This document shows positions 41,122 to 51,565 of a stretch of 64,000 nucleotides of DNA, piece by piece. Origin of the DNA: a virus. Its lineage: Duplodnaviria; Caudoviricetes. Each line of letters starts with the position of its first letter. The stretch's first letter is position 1. The translations under genes were made by a program, and so were the position numbers. The notes under the pieces are model-generated. The model had not been told where the DNA came from, did not search any database, and was given only the letters and a program-made list of their open reading frames with translations. The DNA is taken from positions 32,001 to 96,000 of IMG/VR virus record IMGVR_UViG_3300014039_000541; one strand, 5' to 3'.

Positions 41122-42717
41122 ATGAAAGTTGATATAACATTTGACAACAAATGGTTTGTTGTCAGTTCAAATTATCTATTTGAACTTAATGTTATACGCA
41201 GAGCTTTTACAAGAGAAATTCCAAATGCGTGGATGTTAAAGAAGATTACTGACATACAAATTACTGATAGAGAATTCATGAACAAATATAATATGATTTC
41301 TACTAATTTGTGGTTAGAAATTATTAAGGTTGCTAAAAAGTTCAATATAGCAATGGAAATGACTCCAGCTGCACAGAATTATTTAAATTAGTTTACATTA
41401 AAGTTTGAAGATTTTAAGAGTTATATAGATGATATTTTTGAAGGTGCAGAAACAGATGAAGGAAAAGAATTTAGACCATATGATTATCAAATAAAAGCGG
41501 CGTATACATTATTAAAATATAAAAAATGTTGTGGAGAAATTTCTACTTCAGGTGGAAAAACATTAATTTCATTCATGATATTTAAATATTTAATTGATAC
41601 ACAAGGTATAGATAATATTCTATATATTGTTCCATCAGTTGACTTAGCTAACCAATCAGCTGAACAATATGAACGATATGAGTCTTACCTTAAGAAACAT
41701 AATCATAATTGGGAAATAGGAATTCTTAGGTCTGGTTTAACAAAGAAACAAAAAGAAAAAGTCGAATCATGTAACATATTGTTTGGAACTTTTCAAAGTC
41801 TTTGTAAACGTAAAAAAGAGTTTTTTGATAGATTTAAAGCCTGTATTTGTGATGAGTGCCATCATGCGGGTGGAGCAGTTTCTGTAAAGAATATATTATA
41901 TAATATGTCAAATCTTATATATTCTATAGGTGTAACTGGAACTTTTCCTAAAGAAAGTATGTATGAGAATTTATATATACAATCTATTATAGGACCTGTA
42001 ATATATAAGTTAACAGCAAATCAATTAATTAATACAGAGAAAAGAGGAACACCTATATATGCAGTAATTCAATATCTTAAATGGGCAGATCAAAAAACAA
42101 AGGAAACAATGTATATCTATAGAGCAAATAAAAATCCTATGAATATAGGCGCAGGTAGTAAGGTTCTGAAGATCGAAAGGAAAACGGTTAATGAATCATA
42201 TACAAGATTAAAGTATATTTGTGATCAAGTTATCAAGACAAAGAAAAATGCTTTGGTACTATTTGGCGATATTAAATATGGATATGGTAGAAAAGTATAT
42301 GATTATATAAAAGATAATTCAGATAAAAATGTTTATTATACAGATGGAAATACGCCAAATAAAACAAGAGATTATTATAAAGCAGAAATGGAAAAAGATA
42401 TTTCTGGAAATACAGTGATAGTAGCGTCTATCAATACATTTGGTGAAGGTATCGATATTAAAAATCTTTGGTCTATTTTCTTGGTTGATACAGCAAAGTC
42501 CGAAAGATTAGTAAGACAAATATGTGGTCGTGGAATTCGTTTGTATCCAGGAAAAGATAAAGTTGTTATTTTTGATTTCGTAGATGATTTGAGATATTCT
42601 GCAGATCCAAATAAGAGATATAAAGATAATTATTTATGGAAACATGGTCAAGAGAGAAAGAAAATTTATCTTGAACAACATTTCCCTGTATATGAGCAGA
42701 AGATAGATTTTAAATAA
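41122..42717 (+). CDS. uvsW: UvsW-like SF2 DNA helicase (one in-frame TAG)
   Basis: RPYDYQ, STSGGKT, DECHH, GVTGT, TFGEGIDI, RQICGRGIR, FDFVDD; the two track ORFs are joined by TAG 41389-41391. Confidence 0.88.
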
Positions 42718-42774
42718 TTTAAGAAATTATCGTTTAAAGAATAAATAATTAAACGATAATTTTAAATTTTTATT

Positions 42775-44256
42775 ATGTTGTTAAGTGAAGTCTTATATAT
42801 AGCAAAAAATATAAATAAATATAAATCTCTTAATGAATCACTTAAGTCTAATATATTATCTGATATATTTCATAAGTTTGATTATTCTAATATAACTATT
42901 GAACCTGTTAATAAAAACTATTATATTGGTTATACTGATAAGGGCGTTTCATTTTTTGATGTCAAATTTGAATATCAAAGGTTAGCAGAAAGAAATTAGT
43001 TAACACAAGATATGTGTGATACAGTGGAAGGAAGATAGAAAATTATTAATTGTGATTATAAAAAGAAAAAACGTAAGAAATTATGGAATGGAACTTATGA
43101 AGATAATGGAATAATATATATGATTATGGAAGCTATCAAAAATAAGTCAACACATAAAATCGGTTTATCTGATATAACAGATTCAGAATTAATAACTATA
43201 TCACCAATAGACGCAAAGAAAAAAATATATAAAACCGGATTACAATTTTGGGTTGATTATGATAATAATCTTAGGGCTGTAGTAATAGATAATACAATAA
43301 TATTATATATTTAGCAATTAAACCAATATAATTCATGGTTGAAACCAAATCCAGATTATCACGAGAAAACAGATTTCTCTACATTTGCTGATAATAGGAA
43401 TGATGAGTATTTAGAAAATTTTATAAATAAAGCATTTATTAAAATACCAGTTTATAATATATTAACATCTAATGTAGAATTAAAGAAAGAATTAGGTGCA
43501 AATAATGTTAAATCATTATAGAATGTTCCAGGAATATCAAAAGTATATGTGGTAAATACAGAAGGTATGGAAAATTCCAATATAGAGGAAAAACTAAAAA
43601 CAAGAAGAGATTATAAAATATTTTTAGAGAGTCAAATAGATCTTAATAAGAAAAATATTGAAAGATATTAGAATGAATTAAAAATTAGGCGTTCGCAAGG
43701 TGTTGATTCTAAAATTATAAATAAGATTTATGATTTCCTTGATGTTTGTATGGATACAACAATAGAATTATAGAATTTAGATAATGATGTATTGACAAAT
43801 AAATCCGCCGATGATTTTATAGGAGATACCTATAGGCATTCTGCACCATTAGATTATGTATATTCATCTGCTTTAAAACGAATATATCCAGATAGAAGTT
43901 TTTTTGATTCAAAAGTAAGAAATATGTATGGTAGAGGAACACATATGGAAACTAATTGGTCTTTTAATTCTATAGGAGATTGCTTGGTTGTGGCTAATTT
44001 AAAAGTTGAAAAATGTATAGAATATTCATAGTCTATAATTGATAGATATGACAAATATAATAATATAAAGAATAAAGCTGATATTTCTTAGGATGAAATA
44101 TTATATGAGTTGAATATATTAAAATCAAAGTATAAAGAATTAGAAGATTTTCTATCTTATAACTCATCTGTATATAATGAAATAAGAAGGCAATTAGATA
44201 AAGCTAATATAGATCTTGATAAGATAATGACAAAAATAGATAATTTTCAATTTTAA
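42775..44256 (+). CDS. TAG-recoded hypothetical protein (493 aa)
   Basis: Fragments 42775, 43120, 43339 and 43792 share a frame ending at TAA 44254-44256. Confidence 0.7.
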
Positions 44257-44262
44257 TATAAT

Positions 44263-44295
44263 AAAGGGATAAGAAATAAATCTTACCCCTTTTTA
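44263..44295. terminator. Bidirectional terminator
   Basis: AAAGGGATAAGA...TCTTACCCTTT between convergent genes. Confidence 0.55.
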
Positions 44296-44508
44296 TTTTT
44301 TATAAACAATTAAAGGTAATTGTTGAATACCGTTGAATGAATGTTGTACAGGAGGTTTTGAATAAATTTTCTTATTCTTATTTTTTGATTTCTTTCCTAT
44401 ACCACCATTAAATCTATCACCAGAACCAAAAGTTCCCATACCAGCAGGAACTGGATCACCTATTCCTATTGTATTCATAGGCGTATTATAAACTACTCCT
44501 TCACACAT
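44293..44508 (-). CDS. Hypothetical protein (71 aa)
   Basis: Gly/Pro-rich ORF starting two bases after the stop of the upstream gene. Confidence 0.6.
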   Translation of the reverse strand: MCEGVVYNTPMNTIGIGDPVPAGMGTFGSGDRFNGGIGKKSKNKNKKIYSKPPVQHSFNGIQQLPLIVYKK

Positions 44509-44510
44509 AA

Positions 44511-45266
44511 TTATCTTAAACCATTGTTATTTTTAGGTAATGAAACTCCTATACCATTAGGTGCTCTTCTAGATAAAGACTATAAAGCATTTATTTTATG
44601 TTTAACTGAAATACCAGGATGCTACTTACTTTCATATTTAGGACTATCTAAATCTAAGTATTCACTGTTTCCATCCTTATATGGATCATATTCCTTAGAT
44701 ATTAATTCTCTTTCACCATTAGCATTTCTTATATATACATCATAATAGTTATAAACAAAAGACCATGTAAATGTATTGAATGTACCCATCCTGGCTGCAT
44801 AAGACATTGATAAGTCTCCTATACTTGTTGGTGTTAACTATTGATAACAATAACTAACAGTTTCAAATCCACCATCATCCAATAAGGAAACAGTTATATT
44901 AGGTAGATATAAAGGTGTTAACTATCCTAACCTTAAATATAAATCATATTGATGTCTAGCGACAAAATAACTAATATAACTTTCTGCAGTTTTAACAGTC
45001 AATGTTAATGTTTTCTCTAATAACATGTCTTCCTATTTACCTGGACGTTTCTATATTTTATATTCTCTTCCTTGCTATATAACAGAACCTGAATTTAAGC
45101 CTGGAAAATTAATTGATGCAATCTAAGCGTTAAAGAAATCTTCCAATGTTACATAAGGTAAATACATCCTATTTAATATTGGCATCCACTTTTCTGTAAC
45201 ATCTGGATAAAACCAATTGAAATCCAATGCTATTACGAAATTTTGATCTAGATTATTTAATAACAT
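44511..45266 (-). CDS. TAG-recoded tail tube-like protein (gp19/gp3/gp54 fold, tentative)
   Basis: Code-15 ORF of 251 aa with SINFPGL, LTLTVKTAESY, ITVSLLD, PTSIGDLSMSY, FTWSFVYNYYD, the pattern of T4 tube-family proteins. Confidence 0.6.
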
Positions 45267-45334
45267 TTTTAATTAAACTATATGATTGTTTGTATATTTA
45301 TTGAAGATTATTTTTTATTTTCAAATATTTTATG

Positions 45335-45342
45335 TATCTTTG
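45335..45342 (+). promoter_or_regulatory. Bacteroidota-type sigmaA -7 element (TATCTTTG)
   Basis: Heads a rightward TAG-free gene cluster. Confidence 0.6.
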
Positions 45343-45386
45343 TGTTGTTAATAAAAAAAATATTGAACACTTAAAATAATAAAATT

Positions 45387-45554
45387 ATGGATATTACATT
45401 ATATAAAGTAAAAACAGATAGAGGTTTTTTCATAGTGAATGCAATTAATGAATTTAAAGCACGGTCACTTATGGCGAAGAACGGTGAATATGTTCATACA
45501 TGTGACAAAATCATAATTAAAGAAAATGATATTATACCATATAATTTATTTTAA
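45387..45554 (+). CDS. Small hypothetical protein (55 aa; absent from the ORF track)
   Basis: MDITLYKVKTDRGFFIVNAINEFKARSLM...; A-rich initiation region directly after the promoter. Confidence 0.6.
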   Translation: MDITLYKVKTDRGFFIVNAINEFKARSLMAKNGEYVHTCDKIIIKENDIIPYNLF

Positions 45555-45582
45555 TCATGTATTAAATATTAAATTATGTATT

Positions 45583-45762
45583 ATGAGTAAAAAGAAAACG
45601 TATTCAGAGAAAGTAAAAGATTTATGTGATAAATTTTGGAATGATTATCAAGTTACATGTGATATAGAATTTGTTGATAGAACAATAAAATATTATATTG
45701 GAAGATTTAAAGCTATCGCAAGGTCTGCAGATAAAGAAATAGAAAAGTTATCTCAAAAATAA
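45583..45762 (+). CDS. Hypothetical protein (59 aa)
   Basis: Likely start MSKKKTYSEK inside track ORF 45526-45762. Confidence 0.65.
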   Translation: MSKKKTYSEKVKDLCDKFWNDYQVTCDIEFVDRTIKYYIGRFKAIARSADKEIEKLSQK

Positions 45763-45862
45763 AACTTTTTATATATTTAATGTATAATACAAATATAATA
45801 GTTAACTGAGTTAATAATCCTCTAATAAAATTAACTTAATTAATAAAGAAAGGAATATTACT

Positions 45863-46708
45863 ATGGGTAAGCAAAAAAGAAGTGAAAATACGTATCAGAA
45901 GATTAATACAATCTTTAAGAGAGATGCGAATAATGTAATTATGCCTTATGATGAGTTTGCACTTCCCGAATTGGAATGGATGCGAAATTGTAAGTTTGAT
46001 GCAGAATCTAAAATCGATGGTACTAATACTCGTATTGAGGTAACTCGTGAATTTATTACATCTGATATTGGTAATAATGAAGGTATTAGATGGAGTGTTG
46101 CATATAAGGGTAAAACTGATAATGCACAAATTCCAAAGATGTTGTATACTTATCTTACTACTGTTCTTACAGAAGATAAAGTTCTTAATTCACTAGGACT
46201 TACAAAAGAGATGTATGTCAATGATGAGTTGATGAAAGAAAAAGGGTGGTCTGTATTGAATGAACAGTTTAATGTATATGAATTGGATGAAACAAAGATT
46301 CCTAAGAGATATACATTGTATGGTGAAGGTTACGGAAATGGAATACAGTCTGGTGGATACTACAGACAAGATAATTCTTTTATCGGATTTGATGTAAAAG
46401 TTGATGATATGTATCTCCTTCGAGAAAATCGTGATGAGATCTTTAATAAATTAGGTGTTGATATTGTTCCATTTGTAGGACAACTTACTATTGACGAAGC
46501 AATTGAAATGGTAAAGAAAGGATTTAGATCTAAAATTGCAAAAGATGATCATCTTGAAGAAGGATTGGTTCTTCGTACACCTATGGGTTTGAAGAATCGT
46601 AGAGGTGAAAGAATTATATTTAAAATTAAAACATGTGATTTCCAGAAATATTTTTCAAAGTATGGAACATATGATAAGGTAGATCAACCAAAGAATGAAA
46701 ACTTTTAA
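45863..46708 (+). CDS. RNA ligase (Rnl2-like nucleotidyltransferase)
   Basis: Motif I ESKIDGTN, LYGEGYG, FIGFDVK, EEGLVLR, IFKIK. Confidence 0.85.
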   Translation: MGKQKRSENTYQKINTIFKRDANNVIMPYDEFALPELEWMRNCKFDAESKIDGTNTRIEVTREFITSDIGNNEGIRWSVAYKGKTDNAQIPKMLYTYLTTVLTEDKVLNSLGLTKEMYVNDELMKEKGWSVLNEQFNVYELDETKIPKRYTLYGEGYGNGIQSGGYYRQDNSFIGFDVKVDDMYLLRENRDEIFNKLGVDIVPFVGQLTIDEAIEMVKKGFRSKIAKDDHLEEGLVLRTPMGLKNRRGERIIFKIKTCDFQKYFSKYGTYDKVDQPKNENF

Positions 46709-46711
46709 TAT

Positions 46712-46849
46712 ATGATAGAAATTATTGAAATATGGTTTCCTATTATTGCATTTATTGCATGTTCATATTTAATATATATGGATAGAAAACATTTTAAGAA
46801 AGTTGAAAAAGAATTAGATAAAATAGAAAAAGATATTCATCATGAATAA
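46712..46849 (+). CDS. Small membrane protein (45 aa)
   Basis: MIEIIEIWFPIIAFIACSYLIYMDRKHFKK..., one hydrophobic helix then a charged tail. Confidence 0.5.
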   Translation: MIEIIEIWFPIIAFIACSYLIYMDRKHFKKVEKELDKIEKDIHHE

Positions 46850-46886
46850 TTTTTTGATTTTATTTTTTTGTTTGAAATAAAATATG

Positions 46887-46894
46887 TATCTTTG
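46887..46894 (+). promoter_or_regulatory. Bacteroidota-type sigmaA -7 element (TATCTTTG)
   Basis: TTTG elements upstream; precedes ORF 46942. Confidence 0.6.
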
Positions 46895-46941
46895 TATTGT
46901 TAATAAAAATAATATTAATTAATTTTTAAATAATAAAAAAT

Positions 46942-47412
46942 ATGATTACACGTAAGGAACTTGTTGCTAAGTACAAGATTGCAGTTAAGCGAGTAAATGA
47001 GTTGGAGAACAAGAAGTATGAGTATAAGACTAATCGACCATGTGCTCCATTTGGTAATGTGAAGAATATGAATATTCCTGACATTATTAGAGCTGGCGCA
47101 AATGTGCATGATAGTGATGCTAATGTAACAGAGCGTATTAAGCAGTATGGTATTTTTCCAGAGGATTTGAAGAATGCAAATGATCATTTGTATGAGGGAT
47201 TTGCAATTTCTACATGGGACCACGATTTTAAACTTCGTGTAGAGCAAATTCACGATGAGAAGAAGTTGAAGACATATAAGGAAGTAATGAATAAGTTGTC
47301 TGCTAACTTTACTGATGAGGATCGCTTCATGATTGAGATGGGTGAGATTGATGCACTTGACATCGATTTGGATGATGATGCACCATCAGATGAAGTAAAG
47401 TCTGAAGAGTAA
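46942..47412 (+). CDS. Hypothetical protein with acidic C-terminus
   Basis: 156-aa ORF with AAG/GAG-rich codon use like dnaK and Hc1. Confidence 0.8.
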   Translation: MITRKELVAKYKIAVKRVNELENKKYEYKTNRPCAPFGNVKNMNIPDIIRAGANVHDSDANVTERIKQYGIFPEDLKNANDHLYEGFAISTWDHDFKLRVEQIHDEKKLKTYKEVMNKLSANFTDEDRFMIEMGEIDALDIDLDDDAPSDEVKSEE

Positions 47413-47438
47413 TATTTGTTACTTAAACAAATATATGT

Positions 47439-47482
47439 ATGGTTAATACTTAACCCAATGTGGTTGGGTATTAACCATTTTT
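47439..47482 (+). terminator. Intrinsic terminator
   Basis: ATGGTTAATACTTAACC...GGTTGGGTATTAACCAT followed by a T run. Confidence 0.7.
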
Positions 47483-47506
47483 CATTTTTAATTAAATTAA
47501 ACTAAT

Positions 47507-47806
47507 ATGGATGAATTTTTAAAACAACTCATATCTAAATATAAACCAAAGTTTTCTCGTGATAAACTTTTTGGTGGATATGATATTGATGTATATGATA
47601 GAGATCAGATAAAGCACGAAACAATTAATTATTTAAATGAACATTTTCAAAATCCTGATATAAAAAGTGAAGAGTATCATGATTATTATAAGAAAATGTT
47701 AATAATTAAAGAGTTCGCAGAAACATTTGAAACATATTTTGCAAATTTAAGTTTTAGATTACCAGTACCATCAGGTACAGAAGTTTATTGTTCACAACGA
47801 GATTAA
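47507..47806 (+). CDS. Hypothetical protein
   Basis: Clean 99-aa ORF in a tightly packed operon. Confidence 0.7.
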   Translation: MDEFLKQLISKYKPKFSRDKLFGGYDIDVYDRDQIKHETINYLNEHFQNPDIKSEEYHDYYKKMLIIKEFAETFETYFANLSFRLPVPSGTEVYCSQRD

Positions 47807-47809
47807 TAT

Positions 47810-48208
47810 ATGAATAGTTTTATTAAGTTAGATAATGGAATAGTTCTTAATATTTCACAAATAGAAACATTCGGACCAATTTGGCCATTTGACTTACTAG
47901 AGTTCGATGATTCACAACCTATAGGTGATAATATTGGCGATTCTGTTAAACGTTTATTTCAAGATAAAGAACATAATAATATTGCAAAAGAAATGGTTAG
48001 AACTTCATTTGCTACACCATTAAATTGCAATGATAATATGAGAAAATACGGTGAAGGCAAAATACTTAATTATACGGTTCTCTTAAAATCTGGTCATAAG
48101 TTTTTTATTACTGAAGCAGAATATAATAATATTTTGGAAGTTATGAATTTATCTGCAAATAATGTATATTCTAATGTAGATAAAAAGTATACTAAATTTG
48201 ATTTTTAA
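47810..48208 (+). CDS. Hypothetical protein
   Basis: Clean 132-aa ORF ending KFDF. Confidence 0.7.
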   Translation: MNSFIKLDNGIVLNISQIETFGPIWPFDLLEFDDSQPIGDNIGDSVKRLFQDKEHNNIAKEMVRTSFATPLNCNDNMRKYGEGKILNYTVLLKSGHKFFITEAEYNNILEVMNLSANNVYSNVDKKYTKFDF

Positions 48209-48210
48209 TT

Positions 48211-48827
48211 ATGAATTTTGAATACGAAACAACATGTTATAAATTTACAGACAATGATACATATGTCTCTATTGATGATATATTGGATGAGATTGATAAG
48301 CATGCTATAAAAATAGGTTGTAGTACTAATAGACCAAAATCCGCAAATGAAATTATAAATGATAATTTGAAACAATGGAATAATTTTGAGCCTTATTCAA
48401 ATACATTTAGAAAGAAACATATTTGTTGGTTTCCTGTATATATACAAATTGGTTTAGATAAAGATCTTGCTGATTATTTTGTATTGAAAGATATTAGTAA
48501 TGATTATCATAGAGCAATTTATTATAAGATTTCGGGTGAATATGCGTTTACATTGTGTTATGATGGTTATATATATATAAGAGAGAATCGTTCTCAGATT
48601 ATTGTGATTATCTTCCATGTTATGTATTACCGTGTACAGCAAAAGATGTATTAGCACATAATTCATGTTGTAAGTTAAAAGATACTGCATTATTGCTGAA
48701 GGAAATTTGGGAAGATGTAAAAAAGAACTATTCTGATGCAATTGAGCAAAACATATGGTTTGAAAATGGTTATTACTACCATACAGAACATTATATAAAA
48801 AATAAGTTTATTCATTTTGATTTTTAA
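48211..48827 (+). pseudogene. Hypothetical gene frameshifted at a (TA)6 tract
   Basis: Removing one TA unit from 48568-48579 gives a continuous 204-aa ORF ending HFDF at TAA 48825-48827, which fills the gap to the next gene. Confidence 0.6.
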
Positions 48828-48835
48828 TTTATTAT

Positions 48836-50218
48836 ATGTCAAAACAATACGATAAATTTAATTTGGAAGTTGAACAAGATCCACTTGTTCAACTTCATAA
48901 AACTGATTATAATAATTATAGTGATTTGTCACATTTTGTAGATGAATACTATAAAGCGCAAGCACTTATAAAGGAATGTGGTAATTTTTATAAATCTTTT
49001 CTTTTAAGTAAACTTTTAACCTATTCTAAACTTACAAATACTTCATACAAAGAAAATGAATATAATTTTTTTAATATTCATATAACAGGAATACCATATA
49101 AAGCTGAAACATATTGTCTATATGATATGTTTGATGATTTGGATAATGATTATAAAGGGTATTATAATTATAAGTCATTGAAAGGATATGAAAAACTTGC
49201 ATATTCACGTGCAGTATTTAAGTTTAAGGAATTTTGTGATAATTCTAAAGATAAGTTATTTACTATAAGAATTGAATGTAACAGAACTTCATATTTTCCA
49301 GGAGATAAAGATAAAGAAACAAATTATTATTTTACATTTAATGATTATATTTTTAAATCATGTATGTGTGAACATTATATTTCATCATATAGTTCTATAA
49401 CATATAATAATAAGTATGATGAGGTAAATAATAAAGATCTTCAATCTAAATTAAAAAAACTGGTTGATAAAGAAAAGAAATCTTTATATGATTATATGAA
49501 AGAACTTGATTTTTTATATAAAAAAGAATTTGATACATTCTATAAAGATGAATTAAAAAAATTATTTAAAACTATAAATGTTCCTATTATTTATATAAAT
49601 ATCGATAATGATTTAAAGGATTGTGCATATGCGTCATATAATTCATATAAGAAAAAAGTTAAATCAAAAGATATAGATAAAGATATTAAAGAACTTACAG
49701 AAAAGTATAATAATGATGGTGAGCGAACATCATTATATTTAAGTGAAATATTATCTGATGATGAAATTGATAATATGTTTGATTCTTTTGAATATAAAGG
49801 TTGGTATAGTATGTATGATTGGATCTTGAAATATATTAATGATAATTATTATAATAAGATTATTGAACTTGTAAAACGTAATATTGCAGATTCTACATAT
49901 GCATATAGAACTATTATAAGAACATGTTCAGAATATAATAATAATCAAAAATTATATATTATAGGTAAACATAATGAATCACATTATTTTTGTAATCAAA
50001 ATGATGTAGATAAAATTAAAATAGAACTTATAGAAAGAGAATTAGTATGTACATATATAAAAGTTAATAAACATCTTAAATACAGTTGGCCTTCGAATGC
50101 ACCAACTGTTGTAAATGAATTGACGCGAACAGTTAAGTTTAATGTAGATACAAATTCTGTAAGTTCTTTTAAAGAATCAACAGATACATATGAAATAGCA
50201 AATAAAGATAGATATTAA
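48836..50218 (+). CDS. Hypothetical protein (460 aa)
   Basis: Long TAG-free ORF, no motif recognised. Confidence 0.8.
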   Translation: MSKQYDKFNLEVEQDPLVQLHKTDYNNYSDLSHFVDEYYKAQALIKECGNFYKSFLLSKLLTYSKLTNTSYKENEYNFFNIHITGIPYKAETYCLYDMFDDLDNDYKGYYNYKSLKGYEKLAYSRAVFKFKEFCDNSKDKLFTIRIECNRTSYFPGDKDKETNYYFTFNDYIFKSCMCEHYISSYSSITYNNKYDEVNNKDLQSKLKKLVDKEKKSLYDYMKELDFLYKKEFDTFYKDELKKLFKTINVPIIYINIDNDLKDCAYASYNSYKKKVKSKDIDKDIKELTEKYNNDGERTSLYLSEILSDDEIDNMFDSFEYKGWYSMYDWILKYINDNYYNKIIELVKRNIADSTYAYRTIIRTCSEYNNNQKLYIIGKHNESHYFCNQNDVDKIKIELIERELVCTYIKVNKHLKYSWPSNAPTVVNELTRTVKFNVDTNSVSSFKESTDTYEIANKDRY

Positions 50219-50222
50219 AATT

Positions 50223-50258
50223 AATCTGTTACCTAAGTTTTAGGTAACAGATTTTTTT
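50223..50258 (+). terminator. Intrinsic terminator
   Basis: AATCTGTTACCTAA-GTT-TTAGGTAACAGATT followed by a T run. Confidence 0.8.
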
Positions 50259-50275
50259 ATTTAAAATATTTGATG

Positions 50276-50283
50276 TATCTTTG
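50276..50283 (+). promoter_or_regulatory. Bacteroidota-type sigmaA -7 element (TATCTTTG)
   Basis: Directly after a terminator and before ORF 50323. Confidence 0.6.
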
Positions 50284-50322
50284 TAATATAATAAATAAGT
50301 TAGATAATTAAAAAATAAAATT

Positions 50323-50529
50323 ATGATTAAATATATTTTTGCGTTTGTAATGTTCCTTATGGTATTTGGAATTATCTGTTTGCCATTTTATGTAATTTAT
50401 CAAGGATTCGTATTGGTTGCATCTGGTTCACTATGGGGAATTCTTTCTGTTGCCGTAGGATTGATTATACTTAGGTTGTTTAAACCTATTTCAAATTTGT
50501 ATGAAAATAAAGATTTTAAAATATTTTAA
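50323..50529 (+). CDS. Small membrane protein (two hydrophobic helices)
   Basis: 68-aa ORF dominated by two hydrophobic segments. Confidence 0.7.
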   Translation: MIKYIFAFVMFLMVFGIICLPFYVIYQGFVLVASGSLWGILSVAVGLIILRLFKPISNLYENKDFKIF

Positions 50530-50532
50530 CAT

Positions 50533-50952
50533 ATGGTTTACATTGATATTAAAACAGTTTCATATAATGAACTTAAGAATTTGATTAATTCAGAAGCATT
50601 TATGTTTGATAATGAAAATGATTCAAATGTAAATCTTACTAAATTGATTCAACCGATGTTTATTAAAATTATGTGCAGAGATACATTACGTATTAACGCA
50701 TATAAGGATAATATTGGTAAAGTTCATATTATGAATGGAGAGAATGAATTTTCAGCTATTAATGAATTGATAAGTGGAAATATTTGTATTACAGATTTTC
50801 CTGAATCATTTAAGCAGTTCAATAATCTTCCATATAATGAATGGCATTCATATAATAAGAAACAAATAGAGATTACACCTGTATTTGAACTTCATATTTT
50901 GGAATGTCCTAATGAAGATGAAAAACAGTTTTATTTAAATATGATTAAATAA
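50533..50952 (+). CDS. Hypothetical protein
   Basis: 139-aa ORF; IMNGENEFSAI only faintly recalls the DUF262/ParB DGQQR region. Confidence 0.7.
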   Translation: MVYIDIKTVSYNELKNLINSEAFMFDNENDSNVNLTKLIQPMFIKIMCRDTLRINAYKDNIGKVHIMNGENEFSAINELISGNICITDFPESFKQFNNLPYNEWHSYNKKQIEITPVFELHILECPNEDEKQFYLNMIK

Positions 50953-51014
50953 ACATTTTTATTGTTCTTCATTATAAATAGTTGTGAAAGATTAAAATAA
51001 AATAATTAATAACT

Positions 51015-51563
51015 ATGGACGATCAGAAACAATATATACAGGATGATAATGAGAATGTATATAAGGTTATGCCAACTCATTATCTTAAATTATCTCCATG
51101 GAATGATGGTGAGGATCGTCGTGTAATGGAGAAAGATATAAATGGATATAAGTATATATCATATAAAAACGCATGTATGATTATTAATAATCAATTTGCG
51201 AATAAGACAGAAAAATGGACACATAATGGTAAGGAGTACATTGCATCAAAAATAAATGAAGATAAATCTGTAGATGAATATACAGCTTTAATCAGTATGC
51301 TACCAAACCATAAAGCTATCCTTCATGATAGCAAGAATCTCATGAAACATTTTAAAGATGAAATGTCTCTTACAATTACATCTGAGGATAATAGTACAGA
51401 ATTGAAAATGGTTAAACATAAGGGAAAGATTTATTATATTCTTCTTTTAAATAAACCATGTTCTCGAGTAAAAGCATATAATCTTTTTGGAGAATTTGTT
51501 CAATGGGTAGGAATTAAAGATTGCAAACCTATTTTTTGTGAAACAACTAAAAAATATATTTAA
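51015..51563 (+). CDS. Hypothetical protein
   Basis: 182-aa ORF downstream of TAAACA-N17-TATAAA (50950-50978). Confidence 0.75.
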   Translation: MDDQKQYIQDDNENVYKVMPTHYLKLSPWNDGEDRRVMEKDINGYKYISYKNACMIINNQFANKTEKWTHNGKEYIASKINEDKSVDEYTALISMLPNHKAILHDSKNLMKHFKDEMSLTITSEDNSTELKMVKHKGKIYYILLLNKPCSRVKAYNLFGEFVQWVGIKDCKPIFCETTKKYI

Positions 51564-51565
51564 TT

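Noticed and set aside
50533-50952. DUF262/ParB-like assignment
   Set aside because: The key DGQQR residues are not conserved; resemblance too weak to call.
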